Positions 30,874-40,344 of a stretch of 64,000 nucleotides of DNA are shown piece by piece. The notes under the pieces are model-generated. The model had not been told where the DNA came from. It searched no databases and saw nothing but the letters and a program-made list of their open reading frames with translations. Every line of letters begins with the position of its first letter. The stretch's first letter is position 1. The stretch is taken from contig JADBJK010000059.1 of assembly GCA_014874485.1 (NCBI GenBank), forward strand, positions 20,112 through 84,111. The letters are read 5' to 3'. Source of the stretch: Chloroflexota bacterium. GTDB taxonomy: Bacteria; Chloroflexota; Anaerolineae; DTLA01. Made by a program: the position numbers and the translations under genes.

Positions 30874-33213
30874 CTAGAACAGCGGAATCTGCGCCTCTCC
30901 CTTCTCTATGATGGGGTCCAACCCCACCACCTGCTTCAGCGAATGGATATCCACGACGGACTGTTTGAGCAGCGCCTGCAGGTAAGGCCAGCGGACGATT
31001 GTCCAGCCGCCCTGCTGGAGAACGCGCCCATAGATGGGCGAATGCCCCAGTTTCAGCCGCAGGAGCGCGATGCGGGATTCGGGCAGCACCAAGTAGCGAC
31101 TCGTGTCCTCGTCGGGCGGGCCGAGGGCCGTCAGCGTGTGGACGATGGCCGTCGGCGCGAACAGGAACGCGTGGAGCGCCCCATCGGCACGCCAAACGAC
31201 GTGGTACGGCGGCTTGTCCACGGCCACCTGAAGTCCCATGCGCCGCCCCAGCGTCTCCAGGTCGGCGACGAACTCCGCGACGGCGAGCCGAACGCGCTCC
31301 GGCTGGTCCTCGTCGCGAAGCCGAACCCAGCCGGGAGATGTCTCCTGAGCGTAGGATTCCAGGCACGCCTGCACCAAATCCTGCTCAGGCGTCTGGAGAC
31401 CTGGGAAGCGGCGGTACACGGCTTCCTCGCAGTCCTCACGGCGGAGCAGCAGCGTTCCCTGCAGAATCTCCAGGGCGGCGGCCTCCACGCGGTCGCCCAA
31501 CGGCTCGGCGACGTCGGCGGGCTTCGGGAGCCAGAGCATGGGAATCGTGGCGTTGGGGGCGAAATGGGCTTCCCATTCCATGGGTACGAGGGGCTCGCGG
31601 GCATCCTTTCCCAGGGCCTCCTCCACCGCCTTGTGCACAATCTCATAGCCCGGTTGGCCCTCGTCCCGCGGCAACAGGGCGCGGTGGAGGAGTCCACGCT
31701 GGGCCAAGCGGGCGAAGGCCGCGTGTCGCAGCCAGCCCGCGGGCAACGGTTCGCCCCGCTGGGCCAGCGCCTCGCGTGCCCCGCGTTCGGCTTCGTCCTT
31801 GATTTCGCTGCGGAGGAACGCCAGGTCTGGCGGGCGAGTTACGCCCTCCAGGATTTCCGCGCCCTTGGCGAGGACGATTTGGTAGTCGCCCCCGCCCTGT
31901 GCGGCCTCCGCGACAGAACGGGGGCCGTACACGTGGGCCGCAGGGCGGAACCCCGCCAGTGCCCCGGCCATCAGTGCGGCCTCGGCCTGCGTGCTGCGGC
32001 GCGGCGACAGGAGCAGCACCAAGTGCCCATGCAGGTGCAGTTTGGGCCGCAGCGACTGGAACACCGCGCCGACCGTTCGGACGTACCATGCCCAGTCGGG
32101 GATCGGCTGGCGCAACAGGGGCTTCAGATGCGCTGCGCTCTCCTTGCCGAACAGCCAGCCTGCCCACAGGAAGCAGAGCCGCCAGTAACGCTGGCCGAGG
32201 TTGGACAGCCCGGTTACGAGGAGCCGCACGGTCTGGACAGGCAGGATACGGGCGAGGTCGCGGATGGAGCAGTGAATTGCAGCGGCGCGCGCCCCGCCGG
32301 CCAGCACCTCGGCCACAGCCTCCGCCCCGGGTGCGGCGCTCAAGCCCAGGACGGGTGCCGAAGCCAGGCTGTCGCGCCATTCGGCCCACGCCTCCTCAAA
32401 GGCCAGCCACACGTTGCGCTCCAGGCCCAGACCGCTCGCGCGCGCGACGGGCATGTCCTTGCCCGCGGGCGGGCGGTTGAACAGGCCGCACCGCACCATG
32501 CACGCCAGCAGCAGGTACTTGAGCGTCTTCTCATCCGGCGTGTTGGCGAATTCCGCCTCGGTCTTGATCACCATCTGAGTGAGCGCGTAGCGGGCGCGGG
32601 TGGTGTAGAACTTCAGGAGCACCTCGGCGTCCTGCCTCGCGGGGTCGCCCGCCGGAGACAGGCGGTCCAGGACGAAGAAATACGTAAGCCCCTTGCCCTC
32701 AATCTGCTCCAGGACGCTGAGGTCGTCTGCCTGAACAAGGGCAGAGCCCTGGAATCCGCACGCGGGACAGCGCACGTACTTCTCAATCGGCGCGTTGCGC
32801 TCCATGTCCCAGATGAAGTAGTCGGCGAAGGTCTGTCGGCGGCACGAAGGGCACGCGCACCGGTACAGGCGAAGGATGTGATCGCGGAGCAGGGCCGTGC
32901 CGCGCAGGGTCTGGCCAAGGGCCGTCGCCGCGGCGTTGAGTTCCCGTTCGGACGGCGGGGCCAGCGATTGCCGAACGGCGAAGGCGTCAATGGGGTTGGC
33001 GCTGCTGACGATGACCCGCCGGCCCAGGGCCGCAGCCGCACGAGCGACAGCCGGCGACTGGCAGAACGGATCCAGAACCAGGTCGCCCGTGGAGGTGAGC
33101 GCCTCTATGTAGGCAGCGACGACGTTCTCTGCCAGGGGCGGCAGAAAGGATTCCAAGAAACCCGCCGCCACGCGGGTTCGCGCAGGGATGAGGTGATCCA
33201 CCCTTGCGGACAT
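30874..33213 (-). CDS. Large orphan protein: degenerate methyltransferase-like N-terminal domain with Cys4 zinc ribbon, plus uncharacterised C-terminal half
   Basis: ORF 30874..33300. Start MSARVDHL at 33213 follows GGAAGGGGG. GDLVLDPFCQSPAVARAAAALGRRVIVSSANP resembles motif I (vLDPFxGSGT...lGRrfIGiE.NP) with the glycines lost. CPSCRR-x24-CPACGF forms a zinc ribbon. No DPPY/NPPY motif was found. The C-terminal 350 aa or so have no motif I can name. Confidence 0.6.
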   Translation of the reverse strand: MSARVDHLIPARTRVAAGFLESFLPPLAENVVAAYIEALTSTGDLVLDPFCQSPAVARAAAALGRRVIVSSANPIDAFAVRQSLAPPSERELNAAATALGQTLRGTALLRDHILRLYRCACPSCRRQTFADYFIWDMERNAPIEKYVRCPACGFQGSALVQADDLSVLEQIEGKGLTYFFVLDRLSPAGDPARQDAEVLLKFYTTRARYALTQMVIKTEAEFANTPDEKTLKYLLLACMVRCGLFNRPPAGKDMPVARASGLGLERNVWLAFEEAWAEWRDSLASAPVLGLSAAPGAEAVAEVLAGGARAAAIHCSIRDLARILPVQTVRLLVTGLSNLGQRYWRLCFLWAGWLFGKESAAHLKPLLRQPIPDWAWYVRTVGAVFQSLRPKLHLHGHLVLLLSPRRSTQAEAALMAGALAGFRPAAHVYGPRSVAEAAQGGGDYQIVLAKGAEILEGVTRPPDLAFLRSEIKDEAERGAREALAQRGEPLPAGWLRHAAFARLAQRGLLHRALLPRDEGQPGYEIVHKAVEEALGKDAREPLVPMEWEAHFAPNATIPMLWLPKPADVAEPLGDRVEAAALEILQGTLLLRREDCEEAVYRRFPGLQTPEQDLVQACLESYAQETSPGWVRLRDEDQPERVRLAVAEFVADLETLGRRMGLQVAVDKPPYHVVWRADGALHAFLFAPTAIVHTLTALGPPDEDTSRYLVLPESRIALLRLKLGHSPIYGRVLQQGGWTIVRWPYLQALLKQSVVDIHSLKQVVGLDPIIEKGEAQIPLF

Positions 33214-33283
33214 GCGGCCCCCTTCCACAACGGGAGGCGAAGGCGGCGCAACCGGCCATGCGCCTGTGTTCCTGCCCGCCCGT

Positions 33284-33313
33284 ATTATAGCATGGGGCAC
33301 CCATGCGCGGCAA
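33284..33313 (-). promoter_or_regulatory. Candidate promoter of the orphan 779-aa gene
   Basis: On the minus strand: TTGCCG (33313..33308), 18-bp spacer, TATAAT (33289..33284). Confidence 0.45.
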
Positions 33314-33404
33314 GGGGATGGCGGAGGGTCGGTACGGGGGCTCTGTGCAGTCGGCTGGCGATAGCCGCCCTACGGTTCCTCTTCGGTGGGGAGCGGCGCT
33401 GCGC

Positions 33405-33433
33405 TTGCCATTTCGCCCGCCCGATGCTAGAAT
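33405..33433 (+). promoter_or_regulatory. Candidate promoter of the GNAT / 7TM-regulator genes
   Basis: TTGCCA (33405..33410), 17-bp spacer, TAGAAT (33428..33433), about 30 nt upstream of the ATG at 33466. Confidence 0.5.
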
Positions 33434-33465
33434 AAGCATACCAACGACCAAGACTGGAGAAGGGT

Positions 33466-33996
33466 ATGCGCATTCGCCGTGCGGAACTCGTGGACCTGAA
33501 CGCGTGCATGGACATGGACCGATCCTATTCCACCGACTACGTGTGGCAGGTGGAGGAGCGTTCCCGCGGCGGCGAAATCTCCGTTACGTTCCGGACGGTC
33601 CGCCTGCCGCGAACCGCGCAGATTCGGGTTCCCCGGCTGGAGACGGGCCTCCTGACCTGCTGGCAGCAGGATGAGTGCTTCGTCGTCGCCGAGAACGGCG
33701 GCCAGATTCTTGGCTTCCTGAACATGCCCGTGATTCCCTCGGAGCCAGTGGCACGCATCCGCCATCTGGTGGTGGACGCGCCGCACCGCCGCAAGGGCGT
33801 AGGGAGTGCCCTGATGACCTCTGTGGCCGCGTGGGCACGCGAGCAGGGGGTGAGCGGCATCCTGGCCGAGACCGAGACCAACAACCACCCCGCCATATCA
33901 TTCCTTCAACGGCATGGGTTCGCCTTCTGCGGCTACAGCGACCAATTGGCGGTCAACCAGGGCATTCGGCTGTTCTTCATCCTGCCGCTGCGATAG
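33466..33996 (+). CDS. GNAT-family N-acetyltransferase
   Basis: 176 aa. IRHLVVDAPHRRKGVGSALMTSVAAWAREQG is the acetyl-CoA binding motif A (Q/RxxGxG/A), and HPAISFLQRHGFAFCG is also present. Confidence 0.8.
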   Translation: MRIRRAELVDLNACMDMDRSYSTDYVWQVEERSRGGEISVTFRTVRLPRTAQIRVPRLETGLLTCWQQDECFVVAENGGQILGFLNMPVIPSEPVARIRHLVVDAPHRRKGVGSALMTSVAAWAREQGVSGILAETETNNHPAISFLQRHGFAFCGYSDQLAVNQGIRLFFILPLR

Positions 33997-34025
33997 ACCC
34001 GGGAGGCAAAATCGGAGCGGACCCT

Positions 34026-35966
34026 GTGTCGCTTGACGTGCAGTTTGTACTGAGAGTGCTTTCGTCCATCAACCTGACCGTCGCCTCGGCCATCGTGCTG
34101 ACGGCATTCTCCCTGGTGGCCTACATCCTGGGCCACAACTTCCGCAATGCCGTGGCGAGGGCGTTCTCGTTGCTGCTCCTGTTCGTCGCGGTGGTGTACT
34201 GCGGCGACGTGATGGTGGCGAATGCCGAAACGCTGCGCGCCATTGAGGGCTGGCTGCGGTTCCAGTGGCTGGGCATCGCCTTCGTCCCCGCGGCCTACCT
34301 GCACTTCTCCGACGCCCTGGCGCGCACGACGGGCATCGCCTCGCAGCCGCGGCGGACGCGGGTGCTCGTGGGCTACGCCCTGGGCGTGCTCACGCTGACG
34401 GCGGTGCTGTCCTCGGACCTCATCGTGCGGAGCCGCGGTGAGTACCCGACCCTCGCCTACCTGCAGGCTGGGCCGCTGTTCTGGGTATTCGCCCTCTACT
34501 TTGTCATCGCCACGCTCACGGGGGCGCGCAACATCCAGCAGGCGCGGCTTCGCGCCCTGACCCCCGCCACGCGGCGGCGCATGACCTACCTGGCCGTCGC
34601 GTTCGTGGCCCCGGCGCTGGGCGCGTTCCCCTACCTGCTGGTGGCCAGCCTGCCCCCCGACCCCAAGGTGCAGGTGGTGCTGGAGAGCCTGCTGTTCGTC
34701 GGAAACGTGGCCGTGTCGCTGATGATTGTGGTCATGGGCTACGCGGTGGCGTACTTCGGCGCGCTCACGCCCGACCGCGTCATCAAGCACAGCCTCATCC
34801 ACTACCTACTGCGCGGGCCGTTCGTGGGCACCTGCGTCCTGGCCCTCATCCTGCTCACGCCCGACACGGAGCGCCTGCTGGGCCTGCCCCGCGAGACGTT
34901 CCTGGTCTTCTCGGTTACGGGCCTCATCGTCGTCCTGCAGGTGCTCATCAACGTGAGCAAGCCCTTCATTGACCGCCTCATCTACCGCCAGGACCGAGAG
35001 GAAATCCTCTGGCTCCAGGAGTTGGACAACCGCTTGCTGACCAGCAGCGACCTGGCGCAAGTCCTGGAAAACGTCCTCACGGCCATCTGCGAGCAGTTGC
35101 GGGTGGGCGGCGGGTTCGTGGCGCTCCTCAGCGGCGAGGGGCTGCGCCTGGAGGCGGTGTGCGGCTCGCCCGACAGGGCGCTCGCGTGCATGCGGAATCT
35201 CAAGCCCAACGGGTGGGCGCTGTCGTCGTCCGACGCCCCAGCCCAGAACGGCAGGCGGCTTTCCCTGCGCCGCGACAATTTCCGCACCGAGAACGGCTAC
35301 TGGCTCATCCCCCTGCGCTCCAAGGACCGACAGACCGTCCTCGGCGTGCTGGGCATGGAGGCGCGCATCTACCCGCTGGCGGAGGAGGAGATCGCGTCGC
35401 TGGAGAAGATGGTCGGCCAGGCCGAGATCGCGCTGGAGGACCGCCTGCTCCAGCAGACGGTGTTCGCGGCGCTGAAGCAGATCGACCCCGAAATCCAGCA
35501 GATTCAGCAGTGGCGCACCGAGCCTCGGTACGCCACCGCGCCGCCGATTCCGTCGCTCCGCGTGGACGCCGAGGCGGCCGAGTTCCGCCAGGCGGTGAAG
35601 GACGCCCTGAGCCAACTGTGGGGCGGCCCCAAACTCACGCGCAACCCGCTGATCCAACTGCGCGCGGTGAATCAGGCCATGGGCGACTCGGAGGGCAACC
35701 CTGCGAAGGCGCTCCGCCAGACGCTCATCCAGGCGGTGGAGATGCTCCGTCCCGAAGGCGAGCGGTCGTTCACCGCGCCCGACTGGCTGCTGTACAACAT
35801 CCTGGAGATGAAGTTCATCCAGCGCCAGAAGACCAGCGACATCGCCCGCAAACTGGCCATGAGCGAGTCGGACCTGTACCGCAAGCAGCGCGTGGCCATT
35901 GAAGAGGTGGCGAAGGTGCTGGTGGCGATGGAGAAAGAGGCCATCCGCCCGCGCCCCGCCCCGTGA
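34026..35966 (+). CDS. Membrane-anchored one-component regulator: N-terminal multi-TM sensor module (HisKA_7TM-like), central GAF-like region, C-terminal sigma70-region-4/LuxR-like HTH
   Basis: In frame with ORF 33675..35966, but upstream codons overlap the GNAT gene. The GTG at 34026 follows GGAG. There are about 7 hydrophobic helices over residues 1-300. The C-terminus LYNILEMKFIQRQKTSDIARKLAMSESDLYRKQRVAIEEVAKVL is an HTH. No kinase motifs are present. Confidence 0.65.
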   Translation: MSLDVQFVLRVLSSINLTVASAIVLTAFSLVAYILGHNFRNAVARAFSLLLLFVAVVYCGDVMVANAETLRAIEGWLRFQWLGIAFVPAAYLHFSDALARTTGIASQPRRTRVLVGYALGVLTLTAVLSSDLIVRSRGEYPTLAYLQAGPLFWVFALYFVIATLTGARNIQQARLRALTPATRRRMTYLAVAFVAPALGAFPYLLVASLPPDPKVQVVLESLLFVGNVAVSLMIVVMGYAVAYFGALTPDRVIKHSLIHYLLRGPFVGTCVLALILLTPDTERLLGLPRETFLVFSVTGLIVVLQVLINVSKPFIDRLIYRQDREEILWLQELDNRLLTSSDLAQVLENVLTAICEQLRVGGGFVALLSGEGLRLEAVCGSPDRALACMRNLKPNGWALSSSDAPAQNGRRLSLRRDNFRTENGYWLIPLRSKDRQTVLGVLGMEARIYPLAEEEIASLEKMVGQAEIALEDRLLQQTVFAALKQIDPEIQQIQQWRTEPRYATAPPIPSLRVDAEAAEFRQAVKDALSQLWGGPKLTRNPLIQLRAVNQAMGDSEGNPAKALRQTLIQAVEMLRPEGERSFTAPDWLLYNILEMKFIQRQKTSDIARKLAMSESDLYRKQRVAIEEVAKVLVAMEKEAIRPRPAP

Positions 35967-36029
35967 ACTGCGAGCGCGGCAAAGGGAACGGCATCGGAAG
36001 CGCCTGCGCATAGGGTGGCTCTCTATGGC

Positions 36030-36395
36030 CGCACCTTTATCACCGCAGAGAACGCAGAGGGCGCAGAGGATACTTTCCTTTTCTCTGCGTTCTCCGCGTT
36101 CTCTGCGGTGAAATCCGCACCGCAGAGACACAGAGGGCGCGGAGATCGGAGCACGAAGGGCACGAAAGGGGTTCGCGCCTTTTCGCGCCCTTTCGCGGCT
36201 TTCGTGTTCCAAACCCGCCGCGTGCTCCGCGGTGAAATCCGCACCGCAGAGACACAGAGGGCGCGGAGAATTCAAAACCAATCTCTGTGATCTCCGCGTC
36301 TCTGCGGTGAAATCCGCACCGCAGAGACGCAGAGGGCGCAGAGAATTCTATTGAATCTCTGCGGTCTCCGCGTGCTCGGCGGTGAATCCAACAGG
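36030..36395. repeat. Family H2 repeat cluster (three full copies plus partial copies of ctctgcggtgaaatccgcaccgcagagacacagagggcgcggaga)
   Basis: Full copies lie at 36101..36146, 36226..36270 and 36299..36345. Each contains the hairpin CTGCGGTG-aaatccg-CACCGCAG. Spacing is irregular (125 and 73 bp start to start). Confidence 0.9.
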
Positions 36396-36430
36396 GCGGC
36401 TTTCCATAGCCGCTGCAGCAGGGTTGATGA

Positions 36431-37714
36431 ATGGTGAAGGTACATTTGGCGTCGCTTGGCTGCAAACTGAATCAGAGCGAGATGGAATCGCTGCAGGCGC
36501 AACTGGAAGCGGCGGGGTGGGAGTTGTCGCCCGCGCACGAGGCCGACGTGGTCGTGCTCAACACGTGCGCCGTTACCGCCGAGGCCGCCCGCAAGTCCCG
36601 TCAGGCCCTGCGCCGCCTCCGGGCCAACGCCCCCAGGGCGCACCTGGTGGCCACTGGCTGCTACGCCGAACTGTGGCCGCAGGAGGTGCAGGCCGCCGCG
36701 CGCCCCAACTCGGTCGTCGGCAACCGCGACAAGGCGCGCCTGGCCGACCTGCTGTTGGCGCGATTCCCGCCTGGGGCTGCACCTGTGCGGGAGGAACGCG
36801 CCGCGCCCGCCTGGCCTCGCACCCGCGCCTTCGTCAAGATACAGGACGGGTGCGACAACGCCTGCGCCTACTGCGTGGTGCACATCGCGCGAGGGCCATC
36901 GCAGTCGCTGCCTGCAGATGGTGTCGTCGCGCAGGTGCGGGAGGCTGCGCAGGCAGGTCGCAAGGAAGTGGTGCTGACGGGTGTGAACATCGGCGCATAC
37001 GGCCTGGTCACGGGCGGGCCTGACCTGGGCGGTCTCATCGGGCGCATCCTGGCCGAGACGCCCGTGCCGCGCATCCGCCTGTCGTCAGTGGAGCCGTGGA
37101 GTTTCCGGGAGGAGTGGCTGGAACTCTGGGCCGACCCACGCCTGTGCCCGCACTTCCACCTGCCGCTCCAAAGCGGCGGCGACGCCGTACTCAGGCGCAT
37201 GAATCGGCCGTACTCGGCGGGCGACTTCCTGCGCCTTGTGGAGACCATACGCCATTCGCTACCCGATGCCGCCATCACGACGGACATCATCGTGGGGTTT
37301 CCGGGCGAAACGGAGGCGGATCACCGGGCCACGCTGGCCCTGGCGGAACGGGCGGGGTTCGCGCGAATCCACGTGTTCCCGTTCTCGCCGCGCCCAGGGA
37401 CGCCTGCCGCATCCATGCCCGACGCCGTGCCCCGCGACGAGGTGCTTCGGCGCAGCGCCGAACTGCGGGCGCTGGGGGCACGGCTCGCCGCGGCCTACGC
37501 GCAGCGGTTCGTGGGCCGCACGATGGACGTGCTGTGGGAGCAATCGCCGCGCGGGGGCCTCTGGACGGGCCTCACGCCGAACTATCTCCGCGTGCGCGCC
37601 CAGGGCGACGGCCTGGGCAACCGCATCCTGCCCGCGCGGCTGGTCGCCGTGGAACGCGGGGAGATTGTGGGGGTCATCGTGGCGGTTGACACGGGCGGCG
37701 AGCGAACGCTATAA
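36431..37714 (+). CDS. MiaB/RimO-family radical-SAM methylthiotransferase (MtaB-like)
   Basis: N-terminal UPF0004 domain (LGCKLNQSEMESL...VVVLNTCAVT), the radical-SAM CxxxCxxC motif (GCDNACAYCVVHIARG), and a C-terminal TRAM-like region. Confidence 0.85.
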   Translation: MVKVHLASLGCKLNQSEMESLQAQLEAAGWELSPAHEADVVVLNTCAVTAEAARKSRQALRRLRANAPRAHLVATGCYAELWPQEVQAAARPNSVVGNRDKARLADLLLARFPPGAAPVREERAAPAWPRTRAFVKIQDGCDNACAYCVVHIARGPSQSLPADGVVAQVREAAQAGRKEVVLTGVNIGAYGLVTGGPDLGGLIGRILAETPVPRIRLSSVEPWSFREEWLELWADPRLCPHFHLPLQSGGDAVLRRMNRPYSAGDFLRLVETIRHSLPDAAITTDIIVGFPGETEADHRATLALAERAGFARIHVFPFSPRPGTPAASMPDAVPRDEVLRRSAELRALGARLAAAYAQRFVGRTMDVLWEQSPRGGLWTGLTPNYLRVRAQGDGLGNRILPARLVAVERGEIVGVIVAVDTGGERTL

Positions 37715-37756
37715 TTTGCTGGGGTTGGGTCGCACCGCATTGAAAGGGAGAAGAGC

Positions 37757-38203
37757 ATGACACTGCAAGAGAGGATCATGAACGATATGAAAGAGGCGCT
37801 CCGTTCGGGGGACGAACTGCGGAAATCCACCCTGCGGATGCTGCGCTCGGCCATCGGATACAAGGAAGTGGAGGTGCAGCACCCCCTGTCGGACGATGAG
37901 GTGCTGGACGTGATCGCCAAGCAGGTGAAGCAGCGGCAGGACTCCATCGCCGAATACGCGAAGGGAGGCCGCCAGGACCTGGTGGACCAGGAGCGGGCCG
38001 AGATGGAGATTCTCATGTCCTACCTGCCGCAGCAACTCACCCGCGAGGAGATTGAGGTCCTGGCCCGCCAGGCCATCCAGAAGTTGGGCGTAACCGACCT
38101 CAAGCAGCAGGGCCTGGTGATGAAGGAACTGATGCCCCAGGTCAAGGGGCGCGCCGACGGCAAACTCGTCAACGAGGTCGTGCGCCAGTTGCTCGGCGGA
38201 TGA
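37757..38203 (+). CDS. yqeY: GatB/YqeY-domain protein
   Basis: 148 aa with MTLQERIMNDMKEALRSGDELRKSTLRMLRSAI...DSIAEYAKGGRQDLVDQERAEMEIL. Confidence 0.85.
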   Translation: MTLQERIMNDMKEALRSGDELRKSTLRMLRSAIGYKEVEVQHPLSDDEVLDVIAKQVKQRQDSIAEYAKGGRQDLVDQERAEMEILMSYLPQQLTREEIEVLARQAIQKLGVTDLKQQGLVMKELMPQVKGRADGKLVNEVVRQLLGG

Positions 38204-40344
38204 GGGAGCCAGTTGACCCGCACATGACTACCCATGCGACACCCAGCGAAACCGCAAACGGTCGCTCGCATTCCCATCCTGGGACCCTTGTCCTTCGTGG
38301 CGTGGTCTGGGGGGTAGCCTTTGGCGTTCTGCTCAGCCTGCTCCTCATCTTTGAGTTGATTCCCGTCGGGCGAGTGGAGCTCCAGGTCGGGCAGGTTAGC
38401 CCTGTGGACATCCGCGCGCCCAGGCAGATCACCTTCGTGAGCCAGACGCTGACCGAGAAGGCGCGCAACCAGGCGGAGCAGGCCGTCCGCGACATCTACG
38501 ACCCGCCAGACCCCAAGATTGGCCGCCAGCAGACCGTGCGCCTGCGCCAAATTCTGGACTTCATCGGGGCGGTGCGCGGCGACCCCCACTCTCCCGCCGC
38601 CGAGAAGGTCCGCGCGCTGCTCTCCATCACCGACCTGGCGCTCAGCGAGGATTTGGCGGCCCTCATCCTCTCGTTGTCCAACGCCGAATGGGAGGCCACG
38701 GAGGCCGAAGCCGAGCGGGTGCTGGATACGGTCATGCGCGAGGCCATCCGCCCGTCGGACGTCAACGACGTGAAGAATGGCGTTCCTGCTCTGGTGCGGC
38801 TCACGCTGTCGGAGACGCAGACCGAGATCGTCGCGGCCCTCGTGCAGAACCTCATCAGGGCGAATTCTTTCCTCAACACCAAGGAGACGCAGAACGCGCG
38901 ACTGCAGGCCCGCGAGAACGTTGAGCCTGTCGCCATGACGGTGGAGCAAGGTCAGGCCATCGTTCGGGAAGGCGACATCGTGGAGCCGCTGGACATGGAA
39001 ATCCTGGAGGCGCTGGGGCTGTTGCGCCCGCAGGTCAAATGGCAGGACGTGCTGGGCAATGCACTGCTGGCCGCGTTGACCACCGCCCTCATGGGCATCT
39101 ACCTGTCGGCCCGCTCCCGCAGCCTCTGGAATGACGACCGTTTCCTTCTGGTTGTCTCGGGGCTGTTTCTCATCTTCGTGGCGGGGGCTCGTCTGATGGT
39201 GCCCGGACACACCGTGCTGCCCTATCTGCTGCCTGCCGCGGCGATGGGCCTCATCATCAGCACGCTGTTTGATATGCAAGCGGCCGTCTTCCTGTCGGTG
39301 CTCTTGAGCGTGCTCGTCGGAGCAATAGGCGGGGGGAATCTGGAACTCGCCGTGTACGTCTTCGCGGGGTCGGTCGCCGCCATCCTCGCCGTTCAGCGGG
39401 TGGAACGGCTGAGCGTGTTCGTCTTCGCAGGCATGCTGGCGGCCCTGGCCAACTGGCTGACGGTGCTGGCGTTTCGGCTCCCCGGCCAGCAGTATGACTG
39501 GATCGGGCTGGCGACGCTGTTCGGCGCGGCGCTTCTGAACGGCGGCCTCGCGTCCATGCTGGCGCTCCTGGGCTACTTCGCCCTCGGCAACATGCTGGAC
39601 ATCCCGACGACTTTGCGGTTGGTGGACCTGGCGCGGCCCACCCACCCCCTGATGCGCCAACTGCTGCTCAAAGCGCCGGGGACGTACCATCACAGCATCC
39701 TGGTGAGCAACCTGGCCGAGGAAGCCGCCGAGCGCGTGGGTGCAGACCCGCTGCTGGCGCGCGTGGGCGCGTTCTACCACGACATCGGCAAGACCCTGCG
39801 CCCCTACTTCTTCGTGGACAATCAGACCGATGGGCAGAACATCCACGACCGCCTGGACCCGGAGACCAGCGCCCACATCATCGTGAGCCATGTCAAGGAC
39901 GGCATAGACCTGGCCAAGAAGTACAAGTTGCCGAAGCGCATTGTGGACTTCATTGCGGAACACCACGGCACGTCGCTGGCCACGTACTTCTACCAGCGCG
40001 CCCAGGAGTCGGCAGGAGACAGCAACCCCGGCCCCGACCCCGCGCGGTTCCAGTACCCAGGCCCGAAGCCGCGCAGCAAGGAGACGGCGATCCTCATGCT
40101 GGCCGACACCTGCGAGGCCGCCGTGCGCAGCATGCGCCCGTCCACCGCCGAGGAGATTGAAACCGTCGTCCGCCAACTCATCGCAGAACGGGTGGAGAAC
40201 GGCCAACTGGACGACAGCAACCTGACCCTGCGCGACCTGGACGAGATACAGCGCGCATTTACGGCGATCTTGCAGGGCGTATTCCACCCTCGGGTACGGT
40301 ACCCCGACCAGGAACAGAAAGGCAGGAACGGGAATGAGCGTTGA
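38200..40344 (+). CDS. 7TM-receptor HD-domain phosphohydrolase (YqfF/PgpH-like)
   Basis: 714 aa. Extracellular N-terminal domain, 7 TM helices, then the HD domain HHSILVSNLAEEAAERVGADPLLARVGAFYHDIGK...EHHGT. ATGA overlap with yqeY. Confidence 0.85.
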   Translation: MREPVDPHMTTHATPSETANGRSHSHPGTLVLRGVVWGVAFGVLLSLLLIFELIPVGRVELQVGQVSPVDIRAPRQITFVSQTLTEKARNQAEQAVRDIYDPPDPKIGRQQTVRLRQILDFIGAVRGDPHSPAAEKVRALLSITDLALSEDLAALILSLSNAEWEATEAEAERVLDTVMREAIRPSDVNDVKNGVPALVRLTLSETQTEIVAALVQNLIRANSFLNTKETQNARLQARENVEPVAMTVEQGQAIVREGDIVEPLDMEILEALGLLRPQVKWQDVLGNALLAALTTALMGIYLSARSRSLWNDDRFLLVVSGLFLIFVAGARLMVPGHTVLPYLLPAAAMGLIISTLFDMQAAVFLSVLLSVLVGAIGGGNLELAVYVFAGSVAAILAVQRVERLSVFVFAGMLAALANWLTVLAFRLPGQQYDWIGLATLFGAALLNGGLASMLALLGYFALGNMLDIPTTLRLVDLARPTHPLMRQLLLKAPGTYHHSILVSNLAEEAAERVGADPLLARVGAFYHDIGKTLRPYFFVDNQTDGQNIHDRLDPETSAHIIVSHVKDGIDLAKKYKLPKRIVDFIAEHHGTSLATYFYQRAQESAGDSNPGPDPARFQYPGPKPRSKETAILMLADTCEAAVRSMRPSTAEEIETVVRQLIAERVENGQLDDSNLTLRDLDEIQRAFTAILQGVFHPRVRYPDQEQKGRNGNER

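Noticed and set aside
36101-36345. CRISPR-like look of three ~45-bp repeats with a hairpin core
   Set aside because: Spacing is irregular (about 80 and 28 bp between copies). The 'spacers' are themselves repeat fragments. The same motif is dispersed singly at 11.2, 13.1 and 20.8 kb. No cas genes or leader are present. It is a dispersed hairpin repeat family, not an array.
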